DNA from: Dehalococcoidia bacterium
GTDB taxonomy: Bacteria > Chloroflexota > Dehalococcoidia > UBA6926
DNA: 64,000 bases
Reading direction: 5' to 3'
Assembly (NCBI GenBank): GCA_965205915.1
Contig: OZ242191.1
Span: 1,070,003 to 1,134,002, forward strand
Positions 36,567 to 46,931 of this stretch are shown in pieces. Under the pieces are notes generated by a model. That model had not been told where the DNA came from and did not search any database. It saw only the letters and a list, made by a program, of their open reading frames with translations. Both the position numbers and the translations under genes were made by a program. Each line of letters starts with the position of its first letter. Within the stretch, counting starts at the first letter, position 1.

Positions 36567-37996
36567 GGCCGGGGGAGGCGCTCCGCGTCGTACTGAGGTC
36601 AGGCTCCGGTCGCGTGGGCCTGGCGATGCTGGCCATGTTGGTTTTTATTTCCGTGATGGTGCCGTTCTTCTATCCGCTGGATTTCGGTCTGCGGTTCTGG
36701 AATAACCCGATCGCATGGGCGGACAACCCAAAGGCGGTGCCGCCCGCGTGGACGAATCTCGCCGGTAATCAAGCGCCACGCCATCGCGTATTTGACGCCG
36801 AGACGCCCGCGCAAGAGATCGTGACCGGCCCGGCGACCACACGATTGTATTCGTTCACGTTCGACCACGAAGCGGAAGCGCCGCCGACATTCCTTTCCGT
36901 GTCCATCGGGAAAGTGACGTTCTATGAGCGGCCACCGGTGATTTCGATGACGTTATCGCGGCCTGACGGGCGCTCGGCTACGATATTGCAGGAGGTCGTT
37001 CGCGGGGCAAGACCCGACGAGACGCCGCCGGTGACGCGATTCGCGAATGAGCCGCGCCGCATCTATCTGTCCGGAGACACCAATGCCCTCACCACAGCCT
37101 CCGAGTTTTTGCAGCGGGAGTTTGGGTTGCACCTGAGCGCGGCGGAGATGCAGGGGAATCTGGAGGCGGCGCTGTTCGGGACGCCGACGGGGGACGGGGG
37201 CACGAATTTCGCGCCGCTGACGGGGGAGTACACGGCAACGATTCGGGTTATTACCTACGACGCGCGGGACTCGGTGGAGAACGTGCGCTTCGTGGCGGCG
37301 GGCGGTGTGTTCGGGCTGATGGGAACGGATACGCAGGGGCGCAATCTTGCGACGGGGCTGCTGTTCGGCTTTCCGGTCGCGCTGTTGATTGGGGTGCTGA
37401 CGAGCGTAGCGGCCACGATCCTGGGTACGTTCTTTGGGATATTGAGCGGGTTTTCAGGCGGCAAGACGGACACGGTGATACAGCGGCTGGCCGACGTGAT
37501 GACGAATATCCCGCTGCTGCCGATATTGATCTTCCTGATATTCGTGTTGGGGCAGAAGTTGTGGCTGGTGATGACGATCCTCGTGATATTCGGGTGGCCG
37601 GGGCTAACGATTATTTTGCGGTCCATGGTGTTGCAGGTGCGGTCGGGGCAGCTGGTGGAGGCGACGCAGGCGCTGGGGGCGTCACGGTGGCGGATCATGT
37701 TCCGGCACGTATTTTTCCAGATGGCGCCGTTCATCGTGGCACAGATGATTTTCTTCACGCCGGCGGCGATTCTCGCGGAGGCGGGGCTGAGCTTCCTTGG
37801 GCTTGGTGATCCATCGCTGCCGACATGGGGACAGATTCTTGAGCAGGGGTTCCGGACGGGCGCGATCTTCATCGGCTATTGGTGGTGGATACTGCCGCCC
37901 GGCATTCTCATCGTGATTACCGCCATGACTTTTGTGCTCATTGCCCTCGCGATGGAGCCGGTGCTGAATCCGCGCTTGCGGGAGACGGCGACATGA
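36563..37996 (+). CDS. oppC: Peptide ABC transporter permease (OppC/DppC type) with a long N-terminal extracytoplasmic extension
   Basis: 477 aa. ATGA overlap with oppB. The C-terminal half is the permease core. Confidence 0.8.
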   Translation: MRPGEALRVVLRSGSGRVGLAMLAMLVFISVMVPFFYPLDFGLRFWNNPIAWADNPKAVPPAWTNLAGNQAPRHRVFDAETPAQEIVTGPATTRLYSFTFDHEAEAPPTFLSVSIGKVTFYERPPVISMTLSRPDGRSATILQEVVRGARPDETPPVTRFANEPRRIYLSGDTNALTTASEFLQREFGLHLSAAEMQGNLEAALFGTPTGDGGTNFAPLTGEYTATIRVITYDARDSVENVRFVAAGGVFGLMGTDTQGRNLATGLLFGFPVALLIGVLTSVAATILGTFFGILSGFSGGKTDTVIQRLADVMTNIPLLPILIFLIFVLGQKLWLVMTILVIFGWPGLTIILRSMVLQVRSGQLVEATQALGASRWRIMFRHVFFQMAPFIVAQMIFFTPAAILAEAGLSFLGLGDPSLPTWGQILEQGFRTGAIFIGYWWWILPPGILIVITAMTFVLIALAMEPVLNPRLRETAT

Positions 37997-38985
37997 GCAC
38001 TCGGCCAACGAGCAGTGGGCCTGTCCTGACGGTGCGCGATCTGCGGCTATCCTACGCGGCGGATCGTGGCGACGTTCATGCAGTGGACGGTGTGTCGTTC
38101 GACCTGGAGGCCGGTAAGACACTGGCCATCGTCGGCGAGTCGGGTTCCGGCAAGACGAGCCTCGCCCTTGCCCTGCTGCGTCTGCTACCGCGCAACGTGT
38201 CGCGGTTTGAGGGGCAGATCACGCTGAACGGGGCTGACTGCATGGCGCTGAGTGACGGGGAGTTTCGGGAAAGGGTGCGGTGGCGTCAGATTTCGATGGT
38301 GTTCCAGGGGGCAACGGAGTCTCTGAATCCTATCTACAAGGTTGGGCATCAGATTCGAGAGGTGTTCACGTCGCGCGGGGGGCAGTCGCGCCGCGAGGCG
38401 GACGAGCGGACGCGCGAGCTGTTGGAGCTTGTGCGGCTGCCACCGGAGACGTTCAATCGCTATCCGCATGAGCTGAGCGGGGGAATGAAACAGCGGATCG
38501 CGGTGGCGTCGGCGCTGGCGCTCGATCCGGCGCTGATTCTGCTGGATGAGCCGACGTCAGCGCTGGACGTCGGCGTACAGGCGCAGATCATGAACCTGTT
38601 CAAGCGGCTCAAGTCGAATCTGGGCATCTCTTCGATTTTCATCAGCCACGACATCGCGTTGGCGAGCGATCTGGCAGACGACATTGCGGTGATGTACGCG
38701 GGGCGGCTGGTGGAGATTGGGCCGTCGGAGGAGGTGTTGGGTTCGCCATCGCATCCGTACACGCAGAAGCTGTTGGCGGCGATTCCGCGCCTGCGGTCGG
38801 ATGATCCGTTGGAGTTCATCCCGGGCGCGCCGCCGGATTTGTCCGATCCGCCGCCGGGTTGCCGGTTCCATCCGCGTTGCCAATTCGCGATGGATCGGTG
38901 TCGCGTTGAGGACCCGCGCGGTTTTGTGACGGCGGGCGGGCAATCTCTTGCGGCGTGCTGGCTGCTGGATGAGGCCACTCAATGA
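37993..38985 (+). CDS. oppD: Peptide ABC transporter ATP-binding protein (OppD type)
   Basis: Walker A 'GESGSGKTS', signature 'LSGGMKQR'. C-terminal oligopeptide-ABC Cys motif 'GCRFHPRCQFAMDRC'. Confidence 0.85.
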   Translation: MSTRPTSSGPVLTVRDLRLSYAADRGDVHAVDGVSFDLEAGKTLAIVGESGSGKTSLALALLRLLPRNVSRFEGQITLNGADCMALSDGEFRERVRWRQISMVFQGATESLNPIYKVGHQIREVFTSRGGQSRREADERTRELLELVRLPPETFNRYPHELSGGMKQRIAVASALALDPALILLDEPTSALDVGVQAQIMNLFKRLKSNLGISSIFISHDIALASDLADDIAVMYAGRLVEIGPSEEVLGSPSHPYTQKLLAAIPRLRSDDPLEFIPGAPPDLSDPPPGCRFHPRCQFAMDRCRVEDPRGFVTAGGQSLAACWLLDEATQ

Positions 38986-40031
38986 CGTTCACGACAACGC
39001 GTTCTACGAATGCCGCATCCGGCGCGGTCCCAATGCTGGAGTTGCGCGACGTTGCGATGCACTTCAAGTCACGCGGGCGCGGGTTCCGCACGACGACGGT
39101 TCGGGCGCTGGACGGGGTGACGCTCTCACTGGATCGGGAAGAGACGATCGCGGTCGTGGGTGAGTCGGGGTCGGGCAAGACGACGCTGGGGCGTGTGTCG
39201 TTGCGGCTGTTGGAGCCGACGGCGGGCAGAGTGATCTTCGATGGTGAGGACATCACTGAGATACAGGAGAAGCGGCTCAAGGGCTTTCGACGGCGGGCGC
39301 AGGGGATATTCCAGGACCCGTTCACGAGTCTCGATCCGTACATGACGATTCGGCAGATCGTGGAGGAGCCGCTGGTTATCCATGGGGCGGGGTCGGGATC
39401 GGAGCGGCTGGAACGCGTGGTGTGGGCGCTGGAAGAGGTGCGGATGCGGCCGGCAAGCGACTTCCTGAACCAATTTCCACATCTGCTGTCGGGCGGACAG
39501 CGGCAGCGGGTGGGCATCGCGCGGGCGTTGGTGCTGACGCCGGACTATATGTTGGCGGATGAGCCGGTCTCGATGATTGACGCTTCGAGCCGGGCCGAGA
39601 TTCTGTTGCTGTTGCGGGAGCTACAAGAGCGGCATCACATCGGCTATCTGTACATCACGCACGACATCGCGACGGCGCGGCACTTTGCACCGACGGCTGC
39701 GGTCATGTATTTGGGGCGCATAGTCGAACACGGGCCGACGGTGGATTTGATCAACAATCCGCTGCATCCGTATACGCAGGGGCTATTGAACGCGGTGCCG
39801 GAGCCTGATCCGGCGAATCGGCTCGCGGAGCGAATCGTGCTGCCCGGAGAGGCTCCAAGTCCGGCGAACGTGCCGAGCGGGTGCCGCTTCCATCCTCGCT
39901 GCCCGGCGTTCATGGCAGGGCTGTGCGACGTTGTGCCGCCACCGCTGGTGGAGATAGAGCCGGGGCGTACGGTGGAGTGCCATTTGTACGGGGAAGAGGG
40001 GAAGGAGCGGGCGGAACAGCGAGCAATATGA
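38982..40031 (+). CDS. oppF: Peptide ABC transporter ATP-binding protein (OppF type)
   Basis: Walker A 'GESGSGKTT', 'LSGGQRQR', 'GCRFHPRCPAFMAGLC'. Confidence 0.85.
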   Translation: MTFTTTRSTNAASGAVPMLELRDVAMHFKSRGRGFRTTTVRALDGVTLSLDREETIAVVGESGSGKTTLGRVSLRLLEPTAGRVIFDGEDITEIQEKRLKGFRRRAQGIFQDPFTSLDPYMTIRQIVEEPLVIHGAGSGSERLERVVWALEEVRMRPASDFLNQFPHLLSGGQRQRVGIARALVLTPDYMLADEPVSMIDASSRAEILLLLRELQERHHIGYLYITHDIATARHFAPTAAVMYLGRIVEHGPTVDLINNPLHPYTQGLLNAVPEPDPANRLAERIVLPGEAPSPANVPSGCRFHPRCPAFMAGLCDVVPPPLVEIEPGRTVECHLYGEEGKERAEQRAI

Positions 40032-40106
40032 CCACAATGAATCAAATTACTGAAGAGGACTGTCAGCGGGAGTTGACTTAGACTAGCAGCGGACTATAGT
40101 AGAGAT

Positions 40107-40160
40107 TGTAGTGGGGTCGGGCGAGGATCCTGAAAAACGGAGCCTTGTCCCGACCCCGTC
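40107..40160 (+). terminator. Putative intrinsic terminator after the opp operon
   Basis: Imperfect inverted repeat GGGGTCGGGCGAGG...CCTTGTCCCGACCCC, followed by a T/C-rich run. Confidence 0.35.
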
Positions 40161-40196
40161 CTCTCTTAAACCCGCCCTCCTGGCCCGTTGCGTCAC

Positions 40197-40862
40197 TTAG
40201 TCACCCGTAATGTCGAGGGCGCGGACGAACCTGAATAAACCATGCTTGGTTCCACTTGGTTCTTCGGTTCCATGGGCGTTCGCGATGTGATGGACCACTT
40301 GCAAGGCTTCCACGTAAAGAGAGGAGGCGAGGGTGACGTTGACCGGGGTGGGTATTCTCAGGTTTCGATCGAGGTATTCCTCAAGTTCTGCTTTCTGAGC
40401 GCGGGACATTTCGATGCGGTCGAGCACCAGATCGTACCTCTCGGAGATGAGGGGATTTGCAGCAAAGTGCCACTCAAGTAGACGGCGGAGAGCAAAGTTC
40501 CAGAAGCGACGCGCGTCCTGGCCACGCGGGCTGTCCGGGCGAAGATAAGGGCCACTGAACGTTTCTTTGTCCAAGTAGACTGCTGAAGCTGAAATGGCTT
40601 CACCGCCCTCTGCTAACGTCTGAATGGGATCCATGAGACGGTCAAACTCCGGTTTCCCAACCGGGATTTTCAGCTCCCGCGATAGACGGCGCAAGTAACG
40701 GAATGCTGCCATATGCCGGACAATGCCTTGATAGGAGTCATCCGTCACGTGCAGAGCGGCCATAGCGAAGGAGGGGCTGCTAAGGAGCGCGCCCGTCTGT
40801 GGATGCACTGCGTAGCCAGGATCGCCAGATTCGTCAACAAAGATGTAATCGTATTTGGCCAT
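40197..40862 (-). CDS. DUF3800-family protein (defense-island associated)
   Basis: The N-terminal 'YDYIFVDESGDPG' is the DUF3800 signature. Lower-GC stretch adjacent to the tRNA cluster. Confidence 0.65.
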   Translation of the reverse strand: MAKYDYIFVDESGDPGYAVHPQTGALLSSPSFAMAALHVTDDSYQGIVRHMAAFRYLRRLSRELKIPVGKPEFDRLMDPIQTLAEGGEAISASAVYLDKETFSGPYLRPDSPRGQDARRFWNFALRRLLEWHFAANPLISERYDLVLDRIEMSRAQKAELEEYLDRNLRIPTPVNVTLASSLYVEALQVVHHIANAHGTEEPSGTKHGLFRFVRALDITGD

Positions 40863-41020
40863 AAGATGCAGATACTCAGTCAGGTAGCCCGCCCACTAAA
40901 ATGCTATGATAGCACGCGTGTTCCTTTCTGTGCTCAAAACACGCACGGCCTCTTGGGAAATCGCTTTTGGCCGTTTGACGCTCTGCGGCGTGCTCGGCAT
41001 AATTGCGTGGCGCGGGTGTT

Positions 41021-41097
41021 AGGAGCGTAGCTCAGCCCGGAAGAGCGACGGTCTCCAAAACCGTTGGCCGGGGGTTCGAATCCCTCCGCTCCTGCCA
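41021..41097 (+). tRNA. tRNA-Trp (CCA)
   Basis: Acceptor aggagcg/cgctcct, anticodon loop ctCCAaa, 3' CCA encoded. Confidence 0.8.
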
Positions 41098-41179
41098 GCG
41101 CTCCCAACGTGAGAGCCGTTAGGCTGTCATCGTGTTGTCAGAGGGCGAGGCCCGCGGAAGATACCGCGCCGGGTCAAAT

Positions 41180-41266
41180 GCCGAGGTGGTGGAATTGGTA
41201 GACACGCTGTCTTGAGGGGGCAGTGGGCGAAAGCTCGTAGGAGTTCAAATCTCCTCCTCGGCACCA
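41180..41266 (+). tRNA. tRNA-Leu (GAG), class II with a long variable arm
   Basis: Acceptor gccgagg/cctcggc, anticodon loop ttGAGgg, variable arm tgggcgaaagctcgt, CCA encoded. Confidence 0.75.
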
Positions 41267-41329
41267 CACCCTCGACAACGGGGCTAAGATAGATACTCTG
41301 TCAGGTATACGGCAGATAGCCGGAACCGG

Positions 41330-41406
41330 GGCGACGTAGCCAAGTGGTTTAAGGCGGGGGACTGCAAATCCCCTATTCGTGGGTTCGAATCCCGCCGTCG
41401 CCTCCA
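41330..41406 (+). tRNA. tRNA-Cys (GCA)
   Basis: Acceptor ggcgacg/cgtcgcc, anticodon loop ctGCAaa, CCA encoded. Confidence 0.8.
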
Positions 41407-41626
41407 TGATTTTTCCGCACACTACTATTGGGGTCGCCTTTGGGGCGATGTCCTGCCGCCGTGGCACTACCCCCGGGAGCGAGGGCAGATTCACTGGATG
41501 GTGTTAAGGGGTTTGGTTGCGTAATGGAGCTTTTGGATTCCTCTCTGCGCTCGGAATGACAGATGCGGGGGGGGGAACGACGAGTGGGCGGTATGACGGA
41601 TGGGGTGGGCGGTTCGGGAACCGCCC

Positions 41627-42001
41627 CTACTCTTCCAGGGCCTGGATGACGCCTATTATGTTGCCCTCGGGGTCTACGAGGCCGCCAACCTTGATGCCGA
41701 AGCCCGGGACTTCCTGCGCCGGGCCCATGGATTTGCCGCCGAGCTCTTCGGCGCGCGCCGCGTAGGCGTCGGCATCGTCAACCTGCATGTAGAGGCGGAT
41801 TCCGGGGCGATCGTTCTCGTCTTCAGGGTTGTGGTTGTAGATCGCGCCGTCGATGCCCTGATCGTCGTCCTTTGCGGTGACGAGGCCGTAGGACATGGGG
41901 TTGTCGGCGTCGATGTCCCACTCAAAGAGCGCGCCGTAAAAGGCCTGTAATGTCTGCGCGTCCCGGGCTGCAATCTCAAAGTGGGCGATTGGGCGGGGCA
42001 T
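41627..42001 (-). CDS. VOC-family (glyoxalase/bleomycin-resistance fold) protein
   Basis: 124 aa. 'IAHFEIAARDAQTLQAFYGALFEW' beta-alpha-beta-beta-beta module. Confidence 0.7.
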   Translation of the reverse strand: MPRPIAHFEIAARDAQTLQAFYGALFEWDIDADNPMSYGLVTAKDDDQGIDGAIYNHNPEDENDRPGIRLYMQVDDADAYAARAEELGGKSMGPAQEVPGFGIKVGGLVDPEGNIIGVIQALEE

Positions 42002-42027
42002 CTGACTCTCCTTTTGTGTTGCCTGGT

Positions 42028-44337
42028 TTACTCGGAATCAAGTTCGACGTTTTCCAGCCTGAGGAAGCCCTGCGAATCGAGGGTGAGGTTCTTTACGCGG
42101 TCTGATACCAGGATGTAGTCGCTGCCGAAGTAGAGTGGGAACGCGACGGCCTCCTGCACCATTCTGCGTTCGATTTCCCGGTACTGCTCAAGGCGGTCAT
42201 CGCCCGCGGTTCGGGCCTGTTCGAGTAGGTCATCGATGGCGTCTGAGCCAGCCTTGCCGTCGTTGTTCTGCGACTCGGTATGGAAGAGGACATCGAGGAA
42301 GTTGTGGGGGTCCGGGTAGTCGGCGAGCCAGCCATAGCTATAGATGTTGAAGCCGATCTCAAGGATCGATGGCAATTGGTAGAAGTATGCCTGGCCGGCG
42401 GCGCGATACACGATGCGCACTTCAAGGTTTTCTTGCCACTGATTCATGATCGCACGCGTGATTGGGCCGGCTTCTCTGCGGCCCACAATGAAGATGGCGG
42501 GTTGCTCGTCTCCGAGTTGACCAAAATCAGTGCCGTCAAGGAGTTCTTTGGCAGCGACAGGGTTGTACGCGATTTCGGCGATGTCTTCGTCGTAGCCGGG
42601 CAGGCCGGGCGGCATGAATCCGTGGGCGAGGCGTATGTCTGAGCCTGCATGTTCCTCAAAGATGGCTTCGCGATCCACGGCCCAGAGGAATGCTCGACGC
42701 ACATCGGGATCATTGAAGGGCTCAACAACTGTGTTGAATGCCAGGTACGAGATGCTGAGGGCGTCCGTGCTGGTGATCTTGTCAACAAGAGGGCTCGCCT
42801 CTTCTACAAGTTCGTCATAGTCGCCCGCGTATATGAATGTCGTCGCGTCGGCAAACCCCTCTTCCACCATTGCAGCCGGGATGCCGGCGTGGAAACGGAA
42901 AACGAGATTGCCAACCGTGGTGGGCGGGCCGACATAGCCCTCAAACGCGGTGAGATGAGCAACGCGGGACCGCTCATAGTGGGCGAGCCGATACGGGCCC
43001 GTGCCGATTGAGGTGTAATACCAGGGATCCGAAGGCTCTACATCCTCGGCGTCTTCCTCTTCAGTTTGTTCAGCCGGAGTGTCTTCCTCTTCCTCACCGT
43101 CCATCTCTTCTTCCTCCTCGATGAGACGCGGACTCGGAGGCTCGGGGACGTTGGATTCCAGGACGAGGTAGGCGGAGGAGTGCGTGAGCTTGGAGATGAA
43201 GTAGCTCTTGGGCTCATCAATGGTGACGACAAGGGTGGAATCGTCCGTGGCATCAAGGCCGGTGACGGAATCCGCCTCTCCGGCGGCATACGCCCTTGCG
43301 CCAACGATGTCATCCAGATAGGTTGAACCGCTGCTGCCGACGGCGGTCAGGTTGCGATTGAGCGCGCGCTCCCATGAGAAGACGATGTCCTGGGCGGTGA
43401 CGGCTGTGCCGTCGTGGAATTGAGCGCCGTCCTTGATTGTGAAGGTGTAGACCGTGCCATCTTCCGATACCTCCCATGTGGCGAGGTCAGGCTCCGGTAT
43501 CAAGTCCGCATTCAAGCGAACGAGTCCGCTGAATATCTGGCGTATGTACTGGGAGGAGCTGGCATCTGTCGACACACCGGGGTCGAGGGTTATCGGGCCA
43601 CCGTCCAGATAAAGGACGAGGGTTTCATCACGGGGCGCTCCGAAGGGCTGGGGGGCCACAGGCCGGATGCTTGTGGACACGGTATCGAGAACGTCAAAGT
43701 TGCGTTCGTAGACGGTGCGGGGGGCCTCCGTCTGGACACCCATCGCCGTGGTTCCGCGCGTCACGAAGGTGACTGCGCCACGCTGCTCGTTCGATCCCGT
43801 GCCGTAGCCGTAGAAAACCTGATGGGCCTCGGCGCCGTCATCCAGGGTGATGTCAGCCTCGGTGATGGTTCGGAATCCACTCAGGCCGGCCAAGGGGGTG
43901 ATTTGCTCCTGTGCAATCTCAGCAGCATGGATTGGCTCGGCGCTGAAGAGGACAATCGTTTGGGCGTGGATATCTTCGTTTCCGGTTTCAAAGACATTCA
44001 CAATGCTGAGGAGCCCACTTGAGGGACGCTCACCGATCCATGCTTCCGGCACCTGCAGGGCGTAGCCATAGAGGCCATCCGTGTAGGTCACCAAATCTGA
44101 GGAGATGACTGCTTCCGTTTCGGCGCCGTCATCCGTTTGAGTCGGTGTGGCGATGGCAGGAACGGTTGCGGGAGTGGGTGTTGACACGGGAGTGGCGGTA
44201 GCGGCCGCCGCCGCCGTCGCGGTTGGCGTGGCCGTTGCGGGCACGACAGTCTCCGGGAGCGAAGTCGCTTCATCGTCCCCATTACAGGCGGCCAGCAGAA
44301 GCAGCAGACTGAAGGCAAGCGTAAAGGCCACAAACAT
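42028..44337 (-). CDS. ABC transporter substrate-binding lipoprotein, family 5 (peptide/nickel type), with a poly-acidic insertion
   Basis: Likely start MFVAFTLAFSLLLLLAACNGDD (lipobox). Family-5 blocks, plus the unusual insert 'EEEEEMDGEEEEDTPAEQTEEEDAEDVEPSDP'. Confidence 0.75.
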   Translation of the reverse strand: MFVAFTLAFSLLLLLAACNGDDEATSLPETVVPATATPTATAAAAATATPVSTPTPATVPAIATPTQTDDGAETEAVISSDLVTYTDGLYGYALQVPEAWIGERPSSGLLSIVNVFETGNEDIHAQTIVLFSAEPIHAAEIAQEQITPLAGLSGFRTITEADITLDDGAEAHQVFYGYGTGSNEQRGAVTFVTRGTTAMGVQTEAPRTVYERNFDVLDTVSTSIRPVAPQPFGAPRDETLVLYLDGGPITLDPGVSTDASSSQYIRQIFSGLVRLNADLIPEPDLATWEVSEDGTVYTFTIKDGAQFHDGTAVTAQDIVFSWERALNRNLTAVGSSGSTYLDDIVGARAYAAGEADSVTGLDATDDSTLVVTIDEPKSYFISKLTHSSAYLVLESNVPEPPSPRLIEEEEEMDGEEEEDTPAEQTEEEDAEDVEPSDPWYYTSIGTGPYRLAHYERSRVAHLTAFEGYVGPPTTVGNLVFRFHAGIPAAMVEEGFADATTFIYAGDYDELVEEASPLVDKITSTDALSISYLAFNTVVEPFNDPDVRRAFLWAVDREAIFEEHAGSDIRLAHGFMPPGLPGYDEDIAEIAYNPVAAKELLDGTDFGQLGDEQPAIFIVGRREAGPITRAIMNQWQENLEVRIVYRAAGQAYFYQLPSILEIGFNIYSYGWLADYPDPHNFLDVLFHTESQNNDGKAGSDAIDDLLEQARTAGDDRLEQYREIERRMVQEAVAFPLYFGSDYILVSDRVKNLTLDSQGFLRLENVELDSE

Positions 44338-44546
44338 GGCGCGCGGCGTAGTGCGACCGTGAACGAGATTTGGCACAGACAGGTTCCTCCTGTTGAATAT
44401 AAATCGGAGAGCGAGTGAGTGATGCAAGATCAACGATGCACCTATTATGATACGAGTCGTGTTCCGCGACCAACTGAGCATAACGGGACCGACCTTTCAC
44501 AGATATTTGACGCGCGCCGAGCCAGTCCCGCGGAGGTAATGATCTA

Positions 44547-46931
44547 ATGTGGCGGAATCCAACCCGACTACTTGTACTAACGGCCATGATGGCCGTCATG
44601 TTAGTTGTGTCACCGGCAGGGTTTGCGGCGGCACAGGACGGAGAGGGCCGTGTGCTGGGGTCTCCCGGCATCCTGACGCCGGATTATCCGTACTTGGCGC
44701 CGGACGTTTTGGCGTTCCGGGATCAGACGGCGAAGCTGCTGTCCGGCCGCGTGTCGCTGATGGCGCAGGGGCTTGACGCGCAGACGGGCGGGATCGGCGG
44801 TAGTGAGGCGCGCAGTGGACCAGTAGCATCAGGACAGGCCTCGCCTGCCAGACAGGGTGGCGTGCTCGTCCCCTACCGTGATCCTTCGGCGCGATTCAGT
44901 CGGAACATCTTGATCCCGACGGATTTCAGCACTGCGCCGTTGCAGACAGAGCCGCATCTGGCAGTTGATCCGTTCGATTCCGACCACATCATCGCGGGCA
45001 TGATCGACTATAACTTCCCGGGCGTCACGACGTATGTGACGTATGACGGGGGAGTGACGTGGGAAGGGCCGGCAGTGATCAAGCGTCCCCGCGAGGAGCT
45101 GGGTAGCGGCGGCGACCCGGTGCTGGCATTCGATCGCGAGGGTTCGGCATTCGTAACGTTCATCTCGCTGGACATTGAGGAGTTCACGGTTGGGAACCTG
45201 TTGGGTACCGCAGTTGTGTCCAGCATGGCGCTGAGCACATCGAGCGATGGCGGATTCACATGGACGGAGGGCACACCGGCGGTGCGGAGCCAGGTGTCGT
45301 CCGATTTCACAATCGACCAGTTGGGGCGGACGCGCGGCACGGTGGCCATCGGTTTCCTGGACAAGCCGTGGCTGGCCGTCGGGCCGAATTCGGATGACCC
45401 CGATTCAGACATCATTTACATCACGTATACGCATTTCAACACGACGTATCGGATCTCGTACACGGATGAACTCGCGTTCCTGAGCAATCCCGTTCTTGAG
45501 ACGACCATTGAGATGGTGAAATCGGAGGACGGGGGCATAAGTTGGTCAGACCCCATGGTGGTCAGTCCAATCATTCGGCAGGTCTTCGAGTTCGGGGGGT
45601 CCGATCAGGAGAACCTGAATGACGCTCCAAGCCAGCTACAGTCGCCGGATACGATTCCGGGCGGGCAGGTCATTGAGAGCCTGAAGCGGATTTTGCAGGG
45701 GTCCTATGTGGCGACGCATACGGACGGGAGCGTATACGTTTCGTGGATGGACTCGACGGACGACGGGCCGTTTGAGGGTATTGCGCAGATGTTCGTGGCG
45801 CGATCGGACGACGGCGGTGACACATTCACTGACGGACAACGGGCGACGAATTACCTTGAGCTTGGGTTCTCGCCACGCAGCAGCTTCTATCGCTTCTGGG
45901 GCTCGACGTTTTCTCGCATCGCCATTGGGCCGAATGGCGAGTTGTATATGGTGTTCTGCGCCGCGCCGGCGGGTGATCCGTCGGACGACTCGGACGTGAT
46001 GATGGTGCGTTCAATGGACGAAGGGCGGACGTGGAGCAGGCCGCTCCAGATCAATGATGATCGAACATCGGGTATCCAGTTCTTCCCGGCGGTCGATGTT
46101 TCTCCAAATGGGAAGGTTCACGTGATGTGGGGAGACACGCGCGACGATCCGGGCATCGATCTTCGTTATCACATCTATTACGCGGTCTCCGAGGATCAGG
46201 GAGAGTCGTTCGGCATCAATTCCCGTGTGACGGACTCCGCATCGAACCCGAACTACGGCTTCCCCGGCGGACAGTTCATCGGCGACTACTTCGGGTTGGC
46301 GGCGACGGATGAGGACGTCTACATGGTGTGGGCGGATACACGTCTTGGCGAGTTCCAGGGGACGAATCAGAAGATCGGCTTTGCGCGGATGCGGCAGATG
46401 CCAAGTCCATCGATCTTCCTTTCGCCGTCACGCGGGGCATCGGCCACGACGGTGACAATTCAGGGTTTCAATTTCCAGGCCGATCAGGACATATTCATTC
46501 TCGTTAGCGGAGTCCTCGTATCCACCATCGAGTCGAATGATGAGGGGCGATTCACAACGCAGCTCTTCTTCCCAACTGCGGGAGAGGGGGCGCAGTCCGT
46601 TGGCGTGTTTGACGCTTCCGGCAACGCGGCGACGGCATCGTTCTATAACGAATTCGGCTTTGACAACCTCCAGCAAACCGCAGCAGACATCGAGGACATC
46701 AAGAACGCGCTCAGCTCTGACACGTTGGCAAGCATCCAGGAGGCGCTGGATCGAATCGAGTCGGGCGAGAGTGGCGGTGACGACGAGTCCGGCGGGTGCA
46801 GCACGGGCAACGCGACGGCGGACATGGCCCTTGTCGGTTTGCTTGCGCTGGGCATCATCGGGGCGGCGCAACTGAATTCGCGCAGACGACGGCGCGAGAA
46901 CGACAGCGACGGAGGCGAGGCCGATGGGTAG
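44547..46931 (+). CDS. Secreted BNR/Asp-box repeat (sialidase-like beta-propeller) protein with a Cys-containing C-terminal sorting-signal-like tail
   Basis: Signal peptide. Five Asp-boxes: TYDGGVTW, SSDGGFTW, SEDGGISW, SDDGGDTF and MDEGRTW. C-terminus 'SGGCSTGNATADMALVGLLALGIIGAAQLNSRRRRR'. Confidence 0.65.
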   Translation: MWRNPTRLLVLTAMMAVMLVVSPAGFAAAQDGEGRVLGSPGILTPDYPYLAPDVLAFRDQTAKLLSGRVSLMAQGLDAQTGGIGGSEARSGPVASGQASPARQGGVLVPYRDPSARFSRNILIPTDFSTAPLQTEPHLAVDPFDSDHIIAGMIDYNFPGVTTYVTYDGGVTWEGPAVIKRPREELGSGGDPVLAFDREGSAFVTFISLDIEEFTVGNLLGTAVVSSMALSTSSDGGFTWTEGTPAVRSQVSSDFTIDQLGRTRGTVAIGFLDKPWLAVGPNSDDPDSDIIYITYTHFNTTYRISYTDELAFLSNPVLETTIEMVKSEDGGISWSDPMVVSPIIRQVFEFGGSDQENLNDAPSQLQSPDTIPGGQVIESLKRILQGSYVATHTDGSVYVSWMDSTDDGPFEGIAQMFVARSDDGGDTFTDGQRATNYLELGFSPRSSFYRFWGSTFSRIAIGPNGELYMVFCAAPAGDPSDDSDVMMVRSMDEGRTWSRPLQINDDRTSGIQFFPAVDVSPNGKVHVMWGDTRDDPGIDLRYHIYYAVSEDQGESFGINSRVTDSASNPNYGFPGGQFIGDYFGLAATDEDVYMVWADTRLGEFQGTNQKIGFARMRQMPSPSIFLSPSRGASATTVTIQGFNFQADQDIFILVSGVLVSTIESNDEGRFTTQLFFPTAGEGAQSVGVFDASGNAATASFYNEFGFDNLQQTAADIEDIKNALSSDTLASIQEALDRIESGESGGDDESGGCSTGNATADMALVGLLALGIIGAAQLNSRRRRRENDSDGGEADG

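Noticed and set aside
41174-41494. 106-aa minus-strand ORF
   Set aside because: It lies entirely over the three tRNA genes.
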